From Macrostomum lignano (Eukaryota), in the NCBI GenBank assembly GCA_002269645.1, contig NIVC01003140.1, positions 1-64,000 on the forward strand: a stretch of 64,000 bases of DNA. The letters are read 5' to 3'. A program made the translations under genes and the position numbers. This document shows positions 12,936 through 29,756 of this stretch, piece after piece. A model generated the notes under the pieces. That model was not told the origin of the DNA. It saw nothing but the letters and a program-made list of their open reading frames with translations, and did no database searches. Every line of letters starts with the position of its first letter. Within the stretch, counting starts at the first letter, position 1.

Positions 12936-14255
12936 TGAGGTGGAAGGCCTTTTTGTTTCAATAGATGGAATGGCAGCGAAGATGTTGCACTACATTGCAC
13001 GTATATTTATACAAGTGAAAACAGCGCGAGATTCTTGAGGGGCCGAGGGAGGTGCGCACATGTGGCGTGGCGTGATTGGCTATGCCAACCCCCCTGGCTT
13101 AGCAAGCTGGCTAGCGCAGTGCAGCACCACCCCACCTCAGCTAGACAGAGGTTGGCGGGGGGTTTTCCAGTGCGGCTGCACTGGTGCTGCCGGTTGCGTA
13201 GTCTGGCCGCCACACAGCTCCTCCCAGCACTGAGCTAGGCCCCAAATGTCAGGTGGTAGCCGAGGCAGCGAGAGTGCCGAGGAGAGGGCGCCGAAGACTG
13301 CGGAGCTGCAGAAGAGTGGGCGCCGAAATCACCTGGACGCCAAAGGCGGCAGGGGCGCGAGGTGGACGCCAATGGCAGCAGGTTGCCAAGCAGGTGCCGG
13401 GCGGCGCCAAAGGCAGCAGAGCGCCAGGCGGGCGCCAAAAGCAGCAGCAGGGCGCCAAAGGCAGCAGGAGGGCGCCGAAGGCAGCAGGGCGCCGATGGCA
13501 GCAGCAGGGTGCCAGACAGTTGCCGAAGGCAGCAGCAAGGCACCAGGTGGGCGCCAAAGGCAGCAGCAGGGCGCATGGCGGGCGCGGAAAGCAGCAGGGG
13601 CGCGCGGCTGGACTACACCCAAAGCAATCGACAGTCAGTTGCCGCCGTGAGCCAGGTCAAAGCTGCTGCACAGAGGCTGGGGACGTTAGGCCAGCAGCAG
13701 CGGTGCTAACCTAAAATTTGTTGCAGCGTGTGGCGCTGGTTGGTCCAACGCGGGGTCCGAAAGGCGAGACCCTAGGAGCTACCGTGGGGGGCAGGCTGAC
13801 TAGGCCAATTGTTGCTGCGGGGTACTGTTGTGGCTGCTGGGCTGTGGTGCTGCTAGGCTGCAGTGCTGTTGGGCTGCGGTGCTGCTGTTGCAGTCGGCCA
13901 AGGCGGTTGGCTACCAGGACTGCATAGGGCTGACCAGGTAGGCCCAGTGTTCCGCGCTGGGAGTCGGGCTCACCAATGAGGTAGAAGGCCTTTTTGTTTC
14001 AATAGATGGAATGGCAGCAAAGATGTTGCACTGCATTGCGTGTATATTTATACAAGTGAAAACAGCACAAGATTATTGAGGGGCCAGGGGAAGTGCACAC
14101 ATATGGCGTGGCATGATTGGCTATGCCAACCCCCCTGGCTTAGCAAGCTGGCTAGCGCAGTGCAGCACCACCCCACCTCAGCTAGACAGAGGTTGGCAGG
14201 GGGGGTTTCCAGTGCGGCTGCACGGTGCTGCTGGTTGCATAGTCTGGCCGCCACA
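12936..14255 (+). mobile_element. Degenerate non-autonomous LTR-retroelement-like unit with ~279-bp direct repeats
   Basis: 12936-13214 is similar to 13977-14255. Each copy holds a purine-rich tract followed by a 154-bp segment with LTR-type inverted termini TGTGGCG...CGCCACA (13061-13214). TGGTAGCCGAGG at 13254-13265 matches the tRNA-iMet PBS TGGTAGCAGAGG at 11/12. ATAA flanks both outer ends. The interior is GC-rich low-complexity sequence with no recognisable pol. Confidence 0.55.
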
Positions 14256-15588
14256 ATAAGCATTAAATATAAAGTATATGCTAACTTCAGTCTTCAGTTG
14301 CAGCTAATTAACAAGCAATAATATTGGGAAAAATGAGAAGAAGCTTTTGAATTAACCAAAGTACACAAAAAACATTTTTGCTATGTTTTTCAAAAAATCA
14401 AACTTAATATATATTCATTAGTCTAAAAATTATAATCATTCAAAATTGAAAAATGTGCAATTTTAAGATACGCTATCAAGTTCCAATAGCAAAAATGTCA
14501 CAAAATTGGTGAATTTTTTGACCCTTGACAATATATATACAAAAAAGGTATAAAAACATATACTTTTATGTGTTGTAGAGTAAGCAAAAATATTTCAGAA
14601 AAAGCAATTAATTTTTAAATAGTAGCTATTTGAAACTTTAATTTTGCTCTTTTTTGATGTGCATTTTTCACTTTAAAATTCATATGCAAACCCCGAAAAA
14701 TATACATTAAAAAGAAAAAAAACAATTTGCTAATCTTATATAGAACTGATTAGTCTTTAAAATAATACTAGACTCAACATTGTATGTTGAATAGCGAAAA
14801 AGATATGATAACAAAAACTGAAGAATTTAGTTTTCATACTTCCAATGGCAACAACCTATAATGTATTTCTAGTCTAGTCTAGTATTCTAAAAATGAGTTG
14901 TCTGTATATGGGTAAGCAATTGATTTCTGAAAAATTGGCTCAACCGATTTTCTTCAAACTTGCACCATTCAATCAAAAATTTTACCTGTGATGGTACATG
15001 TATCTTGGCTAAGAAATTTCTTAATCCTAAAAGGATTAAATATTCATAAAACATGCTTTTTTACATAGGTCAAGCAGCTCTTTTGACTTAAAATGCATTG
15101 TAAGAATGGTAGAGAAAAAACTGATTGATTGAATTCCTACTCTGATTAAGATTACATCACAACAAGTTGAAAACAGTGTTGAAGAAAAGCATGCAAGGCT
15201 TGATTGAGATTGCATAACCATATTGTATTTATTTATTATCTGTGTACTGACTGAGTTTTACTGACTTTTATTGTCTTGCTTTGTTAAAAATACAGTGTTG
15301 AAACATGGCACCTGACTTGATTGAAATTGTGTAACCATATTGCTAACTTAAATTGAGACTGGTATTGGCTGACTAAGGAATTGATTGTCATAAATTTTAC
15401 TCTAGCAGACTTGCTGTAGGTATTGATTTAAAGGGGTCATAATTCATGTTATTGAAGTGACAAGAGATACCCTAGAGGCGAACAGACTAGACTGCTAAAG
15501 TAGCAACTTAGGTTCGAATCTTAGTAGTGCAAAATATTTTTTAATTAAAAAAAGATTTTTTTGCTAAACAAAAAAGAAATACACTGTG

Positions 15589-16175
15589 AAACATAAAAGT
15601 GGCACCATGTAAAACATAAAAGAGATCCCATGTCAAACATAAAGAGTCACCATATACAAAACATAAAAGTGGCATATTAAGCATAAAAGTGGCACTATGT
15701 ACAATATGAAAGAACCACTATGGCAAACATAAAAGAGCCACCATTTCAAACATAAAAGAAGGATCATGTGACATATAAAAGAGTCACTATCTCAAAAACT
15801 ATTTTAAACAAAAGAATTGTCATGTCAAACATAAAAGAACCATTATGTCAAACATAAAAGAGCTGCCATGTCAAACATAAAAGTGCCACTATGTCAAACA
15901 TAAAAGAGCCACCATTTCAAACATAAAACAGGCACCATGTACAATATAAAAAAGCCACCATGTCAAACATAAAAGAGCCAGTATGTCAAATACTATTTAA
16001 ACAAAAGAAGCGTCATGCCAAACATAAATGGGCCACCATGTCAAACAAAAAAGACACCATTTCAAACATAAAAGAGACACCATTTCAAACATAAAAGAAC
16101 CACCATTTCAAACAAAAAAGAGCCACCATTTCAAATGTAAAATAATTGTCATGCCAAACATAAAGGAGCCACTAT
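15589..16175. repeat. A-rich degenerate minisatellite, unit ~23-24 bp (AAACATAAAAGAGCCACCATGTC)
   Basis: About 20 or more imperfect tandem copies are directly visible. Confidence 0.9.
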
Positions 16176-16203
16176 AAAGCTAAGGAACTTGTTGAATTAG
16201 CTA

Positions 16204-16860
16204 CTTGCTATCTGAGGGATGCTTGCTATTGCTGGGATGCTTGCTATTGGAAGGATGCTTGCTAAGAGGGGGTTGCTAGCTATTTCTTTCTATCCAAGAA
16301 ATATCTATCCCAGGATTTTTTCTATCCAGGGATGCTTGCTATCTAAGGGATGCTTGCTATCTGAGGGATGCTTGCTATCTGAGGGATGCTTGCTATATGG
16401 GTTTGCTTGCTATTGGGGGATACTTGCTATCTGGGGGATGCTTGCTGTCTAGGGGATGCTTGCTATCTAGGAGATACTTGCTATCTGGGGGTGCTTACTG
16501 TCTAGGAGATGCTTGCTATCTGGGGTTGCTTGCAATTGGGGGATGCTTGCTATCTAGGGGATGCCTGCTATCTGGGATGTTTGCTATCTGGGGTTGCTTG
16601 CATTCAGGGGATGTTTGCTGTCTAGGGGATGCTTGCTATCTGGGGTTGCTTGCTATTGGGGGGATGCTTGCTGTCTGGGGGATACTTGCTGTCTGGGGGA
16701 GGGGGATGCTTGCTATCTGGGTAGATGCTTGCTATTGGGGGATGCTTGCTATCTGGGAGGGGGGGATGCTTGCTATTGGGGGATGCTTGCTATCTGGGGG
16801 ATGTTTGCTATCTGGGGATGCTTGCTATCTTGTGGGGTGGGCGATGCTTGCCACCTGGGG
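16204..16860. repeat. G-rich degenerate minisatellite, unit ~18-20 bp (GGGGATGCTTGCTATCT)
   Basis: Tandem imperfect copies with variable G runs. The ORF-track GCLLS repeats here are artefacts of the repeat. Confidence 0.9.
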
Positions 16861-19800
16861 AATACTTTTGACTTAGGGGGAATGCCTATTATATTTGTGA
16901 AAGCTTTATTTTGTTGTGTACTTTTATTACTTTTAGACAAGAGATTCAAAGCAGGCATCTTTGTCCATGACAATTTTACTTAAATATAAGATGATCTATA
17001 AACCAAAAAAGGAATCAGTTTTCAAGAAAATGTGTTTCTTTAATGGATTTGCATGAATAATTTTTGCTCTTTACTTATTTGGTGCCCTGAAAGGAGGCAC
17101 TAGATTGCTAGTTTCCTATCTAAAAAACAAATTTTTTTTGGACAAAAAATGCTATAACTTTTTTATTACTCAACCAAAATTAATAAGTGAAGCCATTTTG
17201 TGATGTTGTTATTGTCCTCTATCAGATGCATATCTAAAAAGAAATAAATTTAAAAGTTTCAAAATCTCACTGGAGTCCCTATTGTCTTAGAGAAAAAACT
17301 TAAAAAATTATCTACCTTTAATATTAGGTTACGATGATAAAATATTGTCATCTTTTGTTATGTAAAAAAGGCTTTTTAAAAATTGTGACACCCTTAATAT
17401 ATTAGCTTTTCCTTTTTATATTTTCAAATTTGGAAAAATGGGACTTATTCAAATTATTGAATTTTAGTAGGTATATAACTAAATTATTTGCCATAGTTTG
17501 GAAGACAACATGCCCTATTGGAATAAGTTTCCAAAACCCGCAGACACGCAACATGGGTGCCAAAATTGTGCCTTCAAAAGGACAACGCAACACCAAATTT
17601 TGTTGATGGGGGGGGCGACGCGACACCAATGTCTGTTGACTGAATGACCGGGGGGGAGAGCATTCACTTAAATTGACAATTCTCATTCTGCTGTTCACTC
17701 CCAAGACCATGAGGCAGGGGATGAGAGTATTCCTTTCAATTTCATAATAAAAGAAATGAAATTTAATGACAATAAAAAGTAAAACAACAAAGATTCAGCA
17801 GTTAGAATAATAGTGCATGCATTGTAACTAACAAGTATTACTTGTTACTTGTTTTTCATAATTCATAGCAGGCTAGCAGCTGGACTAGCGATCACTTCAT
17901 CTGAGTTCAGTTCACTCAATTCTTAATGTTTGTCATTAGCGAAAAAATGTCAGAATCAAAACTAGAGAACGAGAAACTTTAACTTCAAGTCCGCAATAGC
18001 AAATATTATCTATTCACATGTTACATTGTAAATGACTTAAAAGTAAGTTGAAACAAAAAAGAAGAGGATAAAATGAAAAATGACAAGAAGCTCATCTCTT
18101 GACATAATGACATTTATGTTAATGAAGACCTGGATACAGTTTCTGACTGTATGTTCATTAATTGTGGCAACTGACAACTGCAACAGTGTTGCGACACTAC
18201 CAAACAAAACCATGGTCTCTGCAATGGCGACGCGACACCAGCTACTTGATGACTCCATCACGACGTGATACTGAAAAATTTTGTAAAACAGGACAGACAC
18301 GTCTGCGATTTGTCAGCTTATTCCAATAGGGGCAACATGTATACCAAGATTTTTCAATGTACAAGGGCTATCCAAAAAGTAGTGTTACTTTTCACTATAT
18401 CTTTTGTTCTACTGATCCAAAAAGTATTATTTTGCACAGATTTATAGCAGCCACTCTTTTCTTTATGTTCCCAAAAAAATTGGTAGTTATCCCCAAAAAA
18501 CCTGAAATTATTACTTCTAATCCTGCAAAACAGATTGCATTCATCTCTTAGTAGCCCCATATTTTTATCCCCTTTGCAGTCTACAATTTTCATTAACATT
18601 GAGCATTTATCCTCTTAGTGACCTAGTATCAAGTATTGTCCCCTTAGCAAACTACAATAATTCCTTAGTAGTCCCCTCAACAACCGTTATTGTCCATTCA
18701 AAACTTTATTGTTTGTTATCCTCCTCAGAAGTCTGTCATTATCCTCCAAGCAGTCTATAGTTACCCCTCGAGTAGTTTGCTGCTTTACACTCAAGTCTAG
18801 AGAAACACCTTGGATTTTTTTAGTTTGCCCCCTTTAAAGTCTGCAATGATCCTTTTGACAATCTGCTATTCTTTTCCACAGTCTGCAGTCATTCCATTTT
18901 TTGTCTACAATTGCAATTTTCATTTATCTTCTCAACAGTCTGAAATTCTCCTCTTGGCTGGCTCCAAACTTCAATGACCCTTTCAAAATTCTAAAAATTT
19001 GCTCAGCCAATAATATAGCTCAATTAATTTAAATACATGTTGGCAGTCTTGCACAACTCAGCATTTAGCAATACCTTTAGTAGTTTAGTAGCATTGTCTA
19101 CAGTTTATCAATTGCATACTTTTATAAAGCTAGGCAATGCCTATTGATAGGATCATCAGTAATACTCAAAGCAGTTTTTTTACAAATCAAATTTGCAAAT
19201 AGCACTTGTAAAAATAGCAAAAATATTTCATTAAATATGCCTTGCTAAATTAATTAATGTTTCAATTTGTTAAGGCACAAGCTATAAATGAATGAATGAT
19301 TGAATTCAATTTTAATTGTCTGCTGGAAGACAAACTCAAATCTGGCTCTTTATGCCTAGCCTAAGCCACTGTGTTTTTTCCACTTTCTCCTTTGTATATT
19401 GTAGCCAGTATTGAGATGTATATAGTAAAGAGATTTAAAAGAGAAAAGTTGTCTTGCAATCTTAATTGGACTTGGAATTCAGTGAGTTGAGATGTTGACC
19501 TTTTCTAGCCTCCCATTAAAAGCATTAGAGAAACCCATATTTGAATATTTAATTCCCTTCGCATTGAAGCATAATAGCATATTGACAAAATTCTAACTAC
19601 AATCCTTGGCTAATATGATTTTTAGGTACAAAGGCACTTTAGGGGGTTATAGACAAAGGGAGGTCTAGTAGAAAGAAAATTTTATTATTTAGATGATAAA
19701 TTCCAAGAAATCCTATTGTGTTTTTGTTAAATGGCTAAGTGCTATATCTGTTTTTTTGCAAAAAGCAATGTTTAACAAGTGTGAATGCATAATTAAGGCT

Positions 19801-21812
19801 TCTTAGACCTTCCATATTTCTAAGGCAAAGAAAGCAAGCTTAGCATTGTTTTAAATGAAGAAACCTTTAGTAAAATGAATAAAATAATGTTACTAATGAA
19901 AAAACTGTTGCCACTATAGTAAATCAGTTGACTACTTACTAGCCACTAGACAGTTTTTTACATTATTAGTACCATTATCATTTTAGTATAGTGTTGCCAC
20001 CTATTGATCTGCAATTATTTCACCTGCATGTTTAACTCCTAAGCCTTGTTTGGGGGTTGGGTGGATTTAATCACCCAGCTAGGCTGATTGCTTTAAGTGG
20101 AGATACAGACTTTAGAGCCTTACCTCTGATTAGGCAACATCCCACCCTGCCTATCTCTTGCTCTTTATATACATGCAAACCTAATTAAATTATGTCACTT
20201 CTCTTCCCTTTACTAAACTTGGATTTGCCCTCCCCCCAATATATTTACCCAAAATAGTAGTTTTTTGCTGACTCTTTATGTATAATTCAGTAAATTACTT
20301 GTGTTACTAATGTAGTACTAGTATATTTACAATTGTAGAAATTCTAAAATTAATCAGCAATCAGTGACTGACTGTGAAAGTGTTTTTATAACTTGTAGTA
20401 TAATAATTGATAAATGTTAATATAAAATATCATTATAATGATAATTAATAATTTATACTCATTATAGAGTATATATGATATAGGCTATTTTTAAAAAACT
20501 ATTTTATTTGGCTTAATTGGACCTAATTATTTCACTTTAATTGATCTAAAAATGAATTGTTTATTATTACATCCTATTAAAGTAAGCAACTACTTCATTC
20601 ATTTAGAATATTAGTTGTTTGCAGTTTTTTAATTTCAATAGTATTGGAATATTGGACTATTAGGAAAACTTGAAAATTGTATTGGATGTTACCTAAGTCC
20701 AATGCAGGTGATACTGTCCAGAAAGTATTGCCTTCCAATACTCCAACACCCAAAAAGTATTGCCAATAGTATTAGAATATCAGAATGGTTCCTAACACTA
20801 GCCATATACTAAGTACAACTTGCCAAGGACAATGTTGCCCAAGTATAGCATGCTGAGTATTATCTTATAGAAAGCATGCAGTGTAGCTAGGTCAATCTAA
20901 AAATGTGCTGGAAAATAATCTAACATTTAGCAAATTTTTCATATAGAGGTTATGCATATAATAAGCATAGATGTCCAACCTTTGAAATTACACTGGCCAT
21001 GCAACTTAGTTTTGACTGAAAATGCAATTTAGTTTTGTGACTTACCTAGTAACAAAAAAAATCTGTTGTGACTTCCCTTGTTGTACCACAATTTATGCCA
21101 GTCAGGTTAGCTGGCAGTTGCACATGTATGACAATATGCCTATACCAAAATGAATTTCCATGTGAATTACTTGGTGCAAGAACACAACTAAGTAGAAAAA
21201 GTTTTCTAGCAGACAAACTCGAATATTATCCAACCACACAGGTATCTAACTTTCATGATTGACAATAAGACAATTTTTTTGCTTGTAAACAAAGTTGTGT
21301 CTAAAATTCCCTAAATGATTATTTATTCTCTTATTTGAGTCTTAAAGAAAAAGTAAAGCATAGACTCCACATTGTCTGCTAGCTACAGATATCAGTAGTC
21401 TTGTGTAGTTAAGAACAACATGGGAACTTTTTTATTTAAATCCTTTGTTTTTGGGTAAAATATATACTGTTGCGTATGATACAAATACTTCTAAAAATAC
21501 TACCCAGATATTTAAATTTCATTTTTAATGTTTATCTTTGTCAGTCTCCTATTGTCTTTTTATTTACCAAGGCCTTCTACGTATGCTAGTAATTTGAATT
21601 TATGTTGCTAAATCGTCACTAACATTGTGCGACTGTATATTTCCTTTTTGACTTTTATAATGATAGTAACTTTTCACAGCATAGAGGTGAAAATAGAGTT
21701 GCCAATTCTTATAACCGGATAATTAATGTCTGCTGATGTAAAACAACATGTAGCAAGATTTTATATTCATTTAAGGTAAACACCTTTTCACTATTCCCTT
21801 ATTTTCTCATAG

Positions 21813-25214
<3,402 letters not shown>

Positions 25215-27931
25215 GCCAGAGTGAATGGATGCAGTTGAATTGATACTGATGTTAACGAGTGTTTCGGTTGGCTTGCATATTTGCGAGTTTTCCTTTGTTT
25301 GGCTGATTGGTTTCATCACAACACTACCCGTTAGGCGATCTTATAAGTTTTTGCAGTTGTAAAACGATTATACACCTATAGCTATCAGTTCCTTTAGCAA
25401 AACAAACTATTTTTCATTGCAACTGCGTACTGGATAAAATGGTTGGTTTTGGATACTCTGCAGTTTTGTCTCTAAACATCTCTGTTGTTTTGTAGTTTCG
25501 TTTAGCTGTCCTGTCAGTTAGTTTTTCCCTCTTCATCTTCTTTTTCTCCTATACCCACCCCATTCCGCGGCTCTCTCTAAATACTGTAGCACCCCTATAC
25601 CCAAATTTCTCATACATTCTACTGTAGTTTTCCGCTTTTTTTTGTTTATTTTTTACTTAACCAACAAAACAGTTACTAATGCTCTTCGTATTCGATTCTT
25701 ATAATTACGTAATAGTGTTTGCCTAGTTGTTATTCACCATCCCAGTCAATATCGACTGATTATTTTGTTTTCAATATCGGATTTTTTGTTATTCAATTTA
25801 AAACAATTTTTTTGATTTTTCAGTTTGATTTAAGAAGCGCGTAAAAGTTTGTTAAAATTACTACGAGCTATTAAACTATTTATGCATCAGTTTAAGTAGT
25901 ATAGTAGCACTAACTATATGTCTAGTTTTTCTCGCGATCCAGCCCTAGTGTGATGGCATGCAGTTTCAATTTTCAAGATTGTTGCCTGTATTACGCAGTT
26001 AAGATAAAGTTTCCCCGTTATAGTTTTATGAAATAGTAGTTGCTCGCTACCCTTCTGACGCACTGAGGTAGCTTAACAGCATCAACTCCAATCCATGCTT
26101 CTAACGTGTATGAGTTTATTTGCAATTTAGCATGGAAAGAAATTGACTATCTATCTCAAATATAATTCTCATTTAATTGTTTTCTACTAGCTGTCGTTTT
26201 CAATTTTCCGGTGTCAATATTTGCAGTAAAATTACACACTGATTTTTTATTCTCTATACTAACCGCAGTTTGAAATGCTGCTGTTTTTCTCATATTGGGC
26301 CACGTGCCCCAGTTGGTTTTTCTCCCAGAATAAGAACGGCCTATCAAAGCAATGCGAGCCCCATACCAGCTTACCTTAACCCCCCCCCCCTCGACAGATC
26401 ACTTTTTATCTCTAGACCTGTCGCGAGCATCAATGTGCAAGTTTGTTAGAGCAGCTGTGATTCCGAACATATATCGATTATAATTTTTGCACCTCATCGT
26501 ACATCCCCAGTTTTCATGTCACTCTTTCGCACTGGGCTAGTGTGCATACGTTTAGCGTACAGCGAAGGCTGCTTTTGAGCATTGTGCTTTCTGCATTTCG
26601 ATTGTACTTTGTTATGCAGACGGTTTTGCTACGCGTGCTTATCTTTTTTCTAAGATAGGATGGTTATGCCACTTTCTGCAACTTTTTTCTGCGAAATATT
26701 TCTAAGTGACGGATAAAGTCTAAGAGTAGAATATGATAGTCTGTTTAGCGACTGCAATGCCTCTAGACAGGTATTAAATTTGATTGAAACATTTAAATTG
26801 CAGTTTTGAGTGAAACATTTCTATTAAATTCGTTAAACAACTACTTGTTACAGATTGAAAGAAAAATTCAATTAAGCTGCAGATATTAACGGTGATAGGA
26901 TAGTTAGTGTCTAATTTTCTCCCAAATTTTACCACAAGGAATGTTTTATTTATTATTTGCGAGAGTTTGTTTTCACCTAGGTTTTTCTTTAATTACCTGT
27001 ACCCACCTTTTTGCTTTTCACGTTTTCTCTTTTAGGCGAGCTGATAATGCATTTAAAACGAATTGTTTATTATTGTAGACGATTGCGTTATTAATGCATG
27101 TCGCTGCTGCATTGGATTGCGCTGCTCTCATTCTGTCGCATAGATTGACTCGCTTGCAATGGCGTCCTGTAACTCGTGCGCGTGTGCAATTTGGTAACTT
27201 GTACGCCTGTTACCCCCTCCCCTACAGCAACATTTCGTTCTCTGTACCATGCATAGCCCCAATTTGAAGTACACCTGTGTAGGGAATACCGGAGGCATTG
27301 TTAGGCAAAAGCTGTGCAGGCATTAGGCTTGGATCTCGATAAAACATAACTTAATTATTCGCTGTCGATTAGTGTCTACTTTATTGCACGTGTAAACGCT
27401 TCTCAGCCGATTAGTTTGTCCCCAAATTTGTTTTTCTGTCAACTGTGTCCTTAATTTATATTTATGTTTTTTTCGTGTCTGCTATTAATTCTGTTGTTAA
27501 GTAACTGTTTTTTCTCGTGCACCTGCCGGTTTATTAATAGTAAAGCTCTATATAGCAGGACATATTACTCTGAAAGTATATTATCGCTCTGTCCCTCGAA
27601 AAAAACTGTTTCTTTTTGTTATTTGTCAGCTATATGCCCGTCACGCTGTTAAATTGTTCTGCAAAAATAAAAAAATAGCACGGTTGGTAAAAACTGCCGT
27701 GTTAGAGAGAGCCCTTAAAATTTTGACTGGCATCTCTGATGTCACATGTTTTATTTCGTGTTACAGTATCTGTATGTACATAGATAGGCATGCCATTTTA
27801 GTGGTTGGTAATCGATATTGCTGGAGTTTATGAGTAACCTTTAGGAATTTTTAGAAAAAAAATCTTTTTTACGTACGCTTTTGGTCATGGGAAAGCTTTT
27901 GGTCAATATTCAGCCACTGAACCTTCATGCA

Positions 27932-28438
27932 CTACTTGTAGCTAGTAGTGCGCTCTTCACTGTGCTTAGTATTCAGATTTTCTTCCACTCGATAAAGCCT
28001 CTCGTCCATGGCTGCCTCCCAGGCTCGAAACTCGGCACGCCTCTTGGCTACAGACTCGCGCTGATCGACGATGCGGTGCCGATTTGCAGCCAGTTCCTCA
28101 TCCTCAGCTTCCGGTTGCTGCTTTGTCTGCTCATGTTGCTTTTTCGGTTTCTTCTCCAATTGTAATGTCGGGTGCTCTGCAATGGACTGCTCTGACTGAA
28201 TTTGCTCTGGTATTTGGGCCTGCTCAGCCTCCATATCAATAAGCTGGATTTTATCCTGTCGTACCTCTTGTTCTGTTTTAGTAGTGTTTGCCGATGCTTT
28301 GCTGCCGTTGTCACCTTTTTTGCCGCTTGTGGCTGCCCTGGTAGCGAAATTTTTGCTCTCTGTAGGCTCTCCAGCTTCATGGGCATCTGTTGTGCTTTTA
28401 GCCACTTCGTTTGCGTAGCGCCTCGGTGGTCTTATCAT
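27932..28438 (-). other. 168-aa ORF with a charged coiled-coil-like C half, possibly a retroelement gag/ORF1 fragment
   Basis: Open frame MIRPPRRYANEV...RAEFRAWEAAMDERLYRVEENL. No diagnostic motif recognised. Confidence 0.25.
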
Positions 28439-29180
28439 ATTGAGCGAGCAGTGTTGTTAATCTTGTGTGGTGTCAGAGAGTTTGAGTGTCCCTTGTGCGT
28501 TATGCCTTTTGCTGAAAAAAGTGTCCAACTCAACTGGGTTTCTTAGTTTTAGTTTGCTTCTAGTAGTCGGTTATTAGGCAAACTTGGCAAACAGTCTGCA
28601 TTATATTTTCTTGGTCAACTGCCTTGCCTTGTCCAGCCTTCTGCGCATTCCAAGTGGCCCACGTATGCAACCGGCTCACTCATCTCTTTGCCCTCTATCC
28701 CTTCTCACTGCTTTGTCAAATTGCTATTGTATCAGACCCTAAGTTGGCTTTTGGCAACTTGGTTTGGCGCAGACTGCGGGTTTCCCATGAGCTCTCTATG
28801 GGAGCTATTCTTCTCCTACCAAAGGCTCTATGGATTCTATTCACCAATCCTACCCTCAGACTTCCTGTATGCACTAGACTGCTTTGGTTACTCTTATCAA
28901 TTTGGTTACTCTATATCCTCGTGCCTTTCCGTTGCCAAGAGAATCTCCCCGTCGTGGGTTTGGGAATAGTCACAATACCATTGTCTAATCACTCTTTCAG
29001 ATCTTCCCTAGTAATCCTTCAGAAAGTACTTCAAGTTATGTAAGATAATTTTAGCATCGAGTTTGATTTAGGCAAATCCATAATAATACTTAAGTAATAT
29101 AGTTACAGAAATAAATCCATATACTGCTGTCATAATCTATCCAGAAGTATGCTGCTGGTCGCATTTATGCTAATTTAAAC

Positions 29181-29756
29181 ATGCCGCAGGGCAAAAATTC
29201 CAAGATCATGGCGCACATCAATTATCGGATGCGGTGCACCCTGCAGGACGGCCGCGTATTCATCGGCACCTTCCTCGCCTTCGATCGGCACATGAATCTC
29301 GTGCTGGCCGATTGCGAAGAGTTTCGCACGGTTAAAGCCAAGGGCGACAAGGCTGAGCGAGAGGAGAAGCGCGCCCTCGGCCTTGTGCTGCTTCGCGGAG
29401 AGCACCTGGTTTCCATGTCTGTGGCCGGTCCTCCCCCTCAAGAAGAGGTTGGCAAAGTTCCAATTCCGCAGGCCACCGCTGCCAGCGTCGGTGGCGTCGG
29501 TATTGGCCGCGCTGCTGGGCGCGGTGCCCCGCCTGCGGCGGCCCCTGTGCCCGGCTTGGCTGGACCAGCGCGCGGTGTCGGCGGGCCCGCACCAGCTATG
29601 ATGCAGCCGCGGCCGCCGTCCATGCCTCCGATGCGACCGTCGGTGGCACCGCCGGGCATCGGGAGTGGCATTCCGCCGCCCATGCCTCCGGCCGGCTATG
29701 GCCGCGGCGCGCCCCCCGGATTCGGGCCTGGTGGATTTCAGCCCGGTCCGCGCTGA
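29181..29756 (+). CDS. SNRPB: Small nuclear ribonucleoprotein SmB/B', single coding exon, 191 aa
   Basis: Sm1/Sm2 motifs [38 protein letters not shown] and [26 protein letters not shown], followed by an RG- and Pro-rich tail. Confidence 0.98.
   Translation: MPQGKNSKIMAHINYRMRCTLQDGRVFIGTFLAFDRHMNLVLADCEEFRTVKAKGDKAEREEKRALGLVLLRGEHLVSMSVAGPPPQEEVGKVPIPQATAASVGGVGIGRAAGRGAPPAAAPVPGLAGPARGVGGPAPAMMQPRPPSMPPMRPSVAPPGIGSGIPPPMPPAGYGRGAPPGFGPGGFQPGPR

Noticed and set aside
13007-14321. Many overlapping GC-rich ORFs
   Set aside because: They are a by-product of low-complexity GGCGCC/GCAGCAG repeats, with no gag or pol motifs.
16219-16983. GCLLS/GDACY repeat proteins
   Set aside because: These are translations of the G-rich minisatellite.
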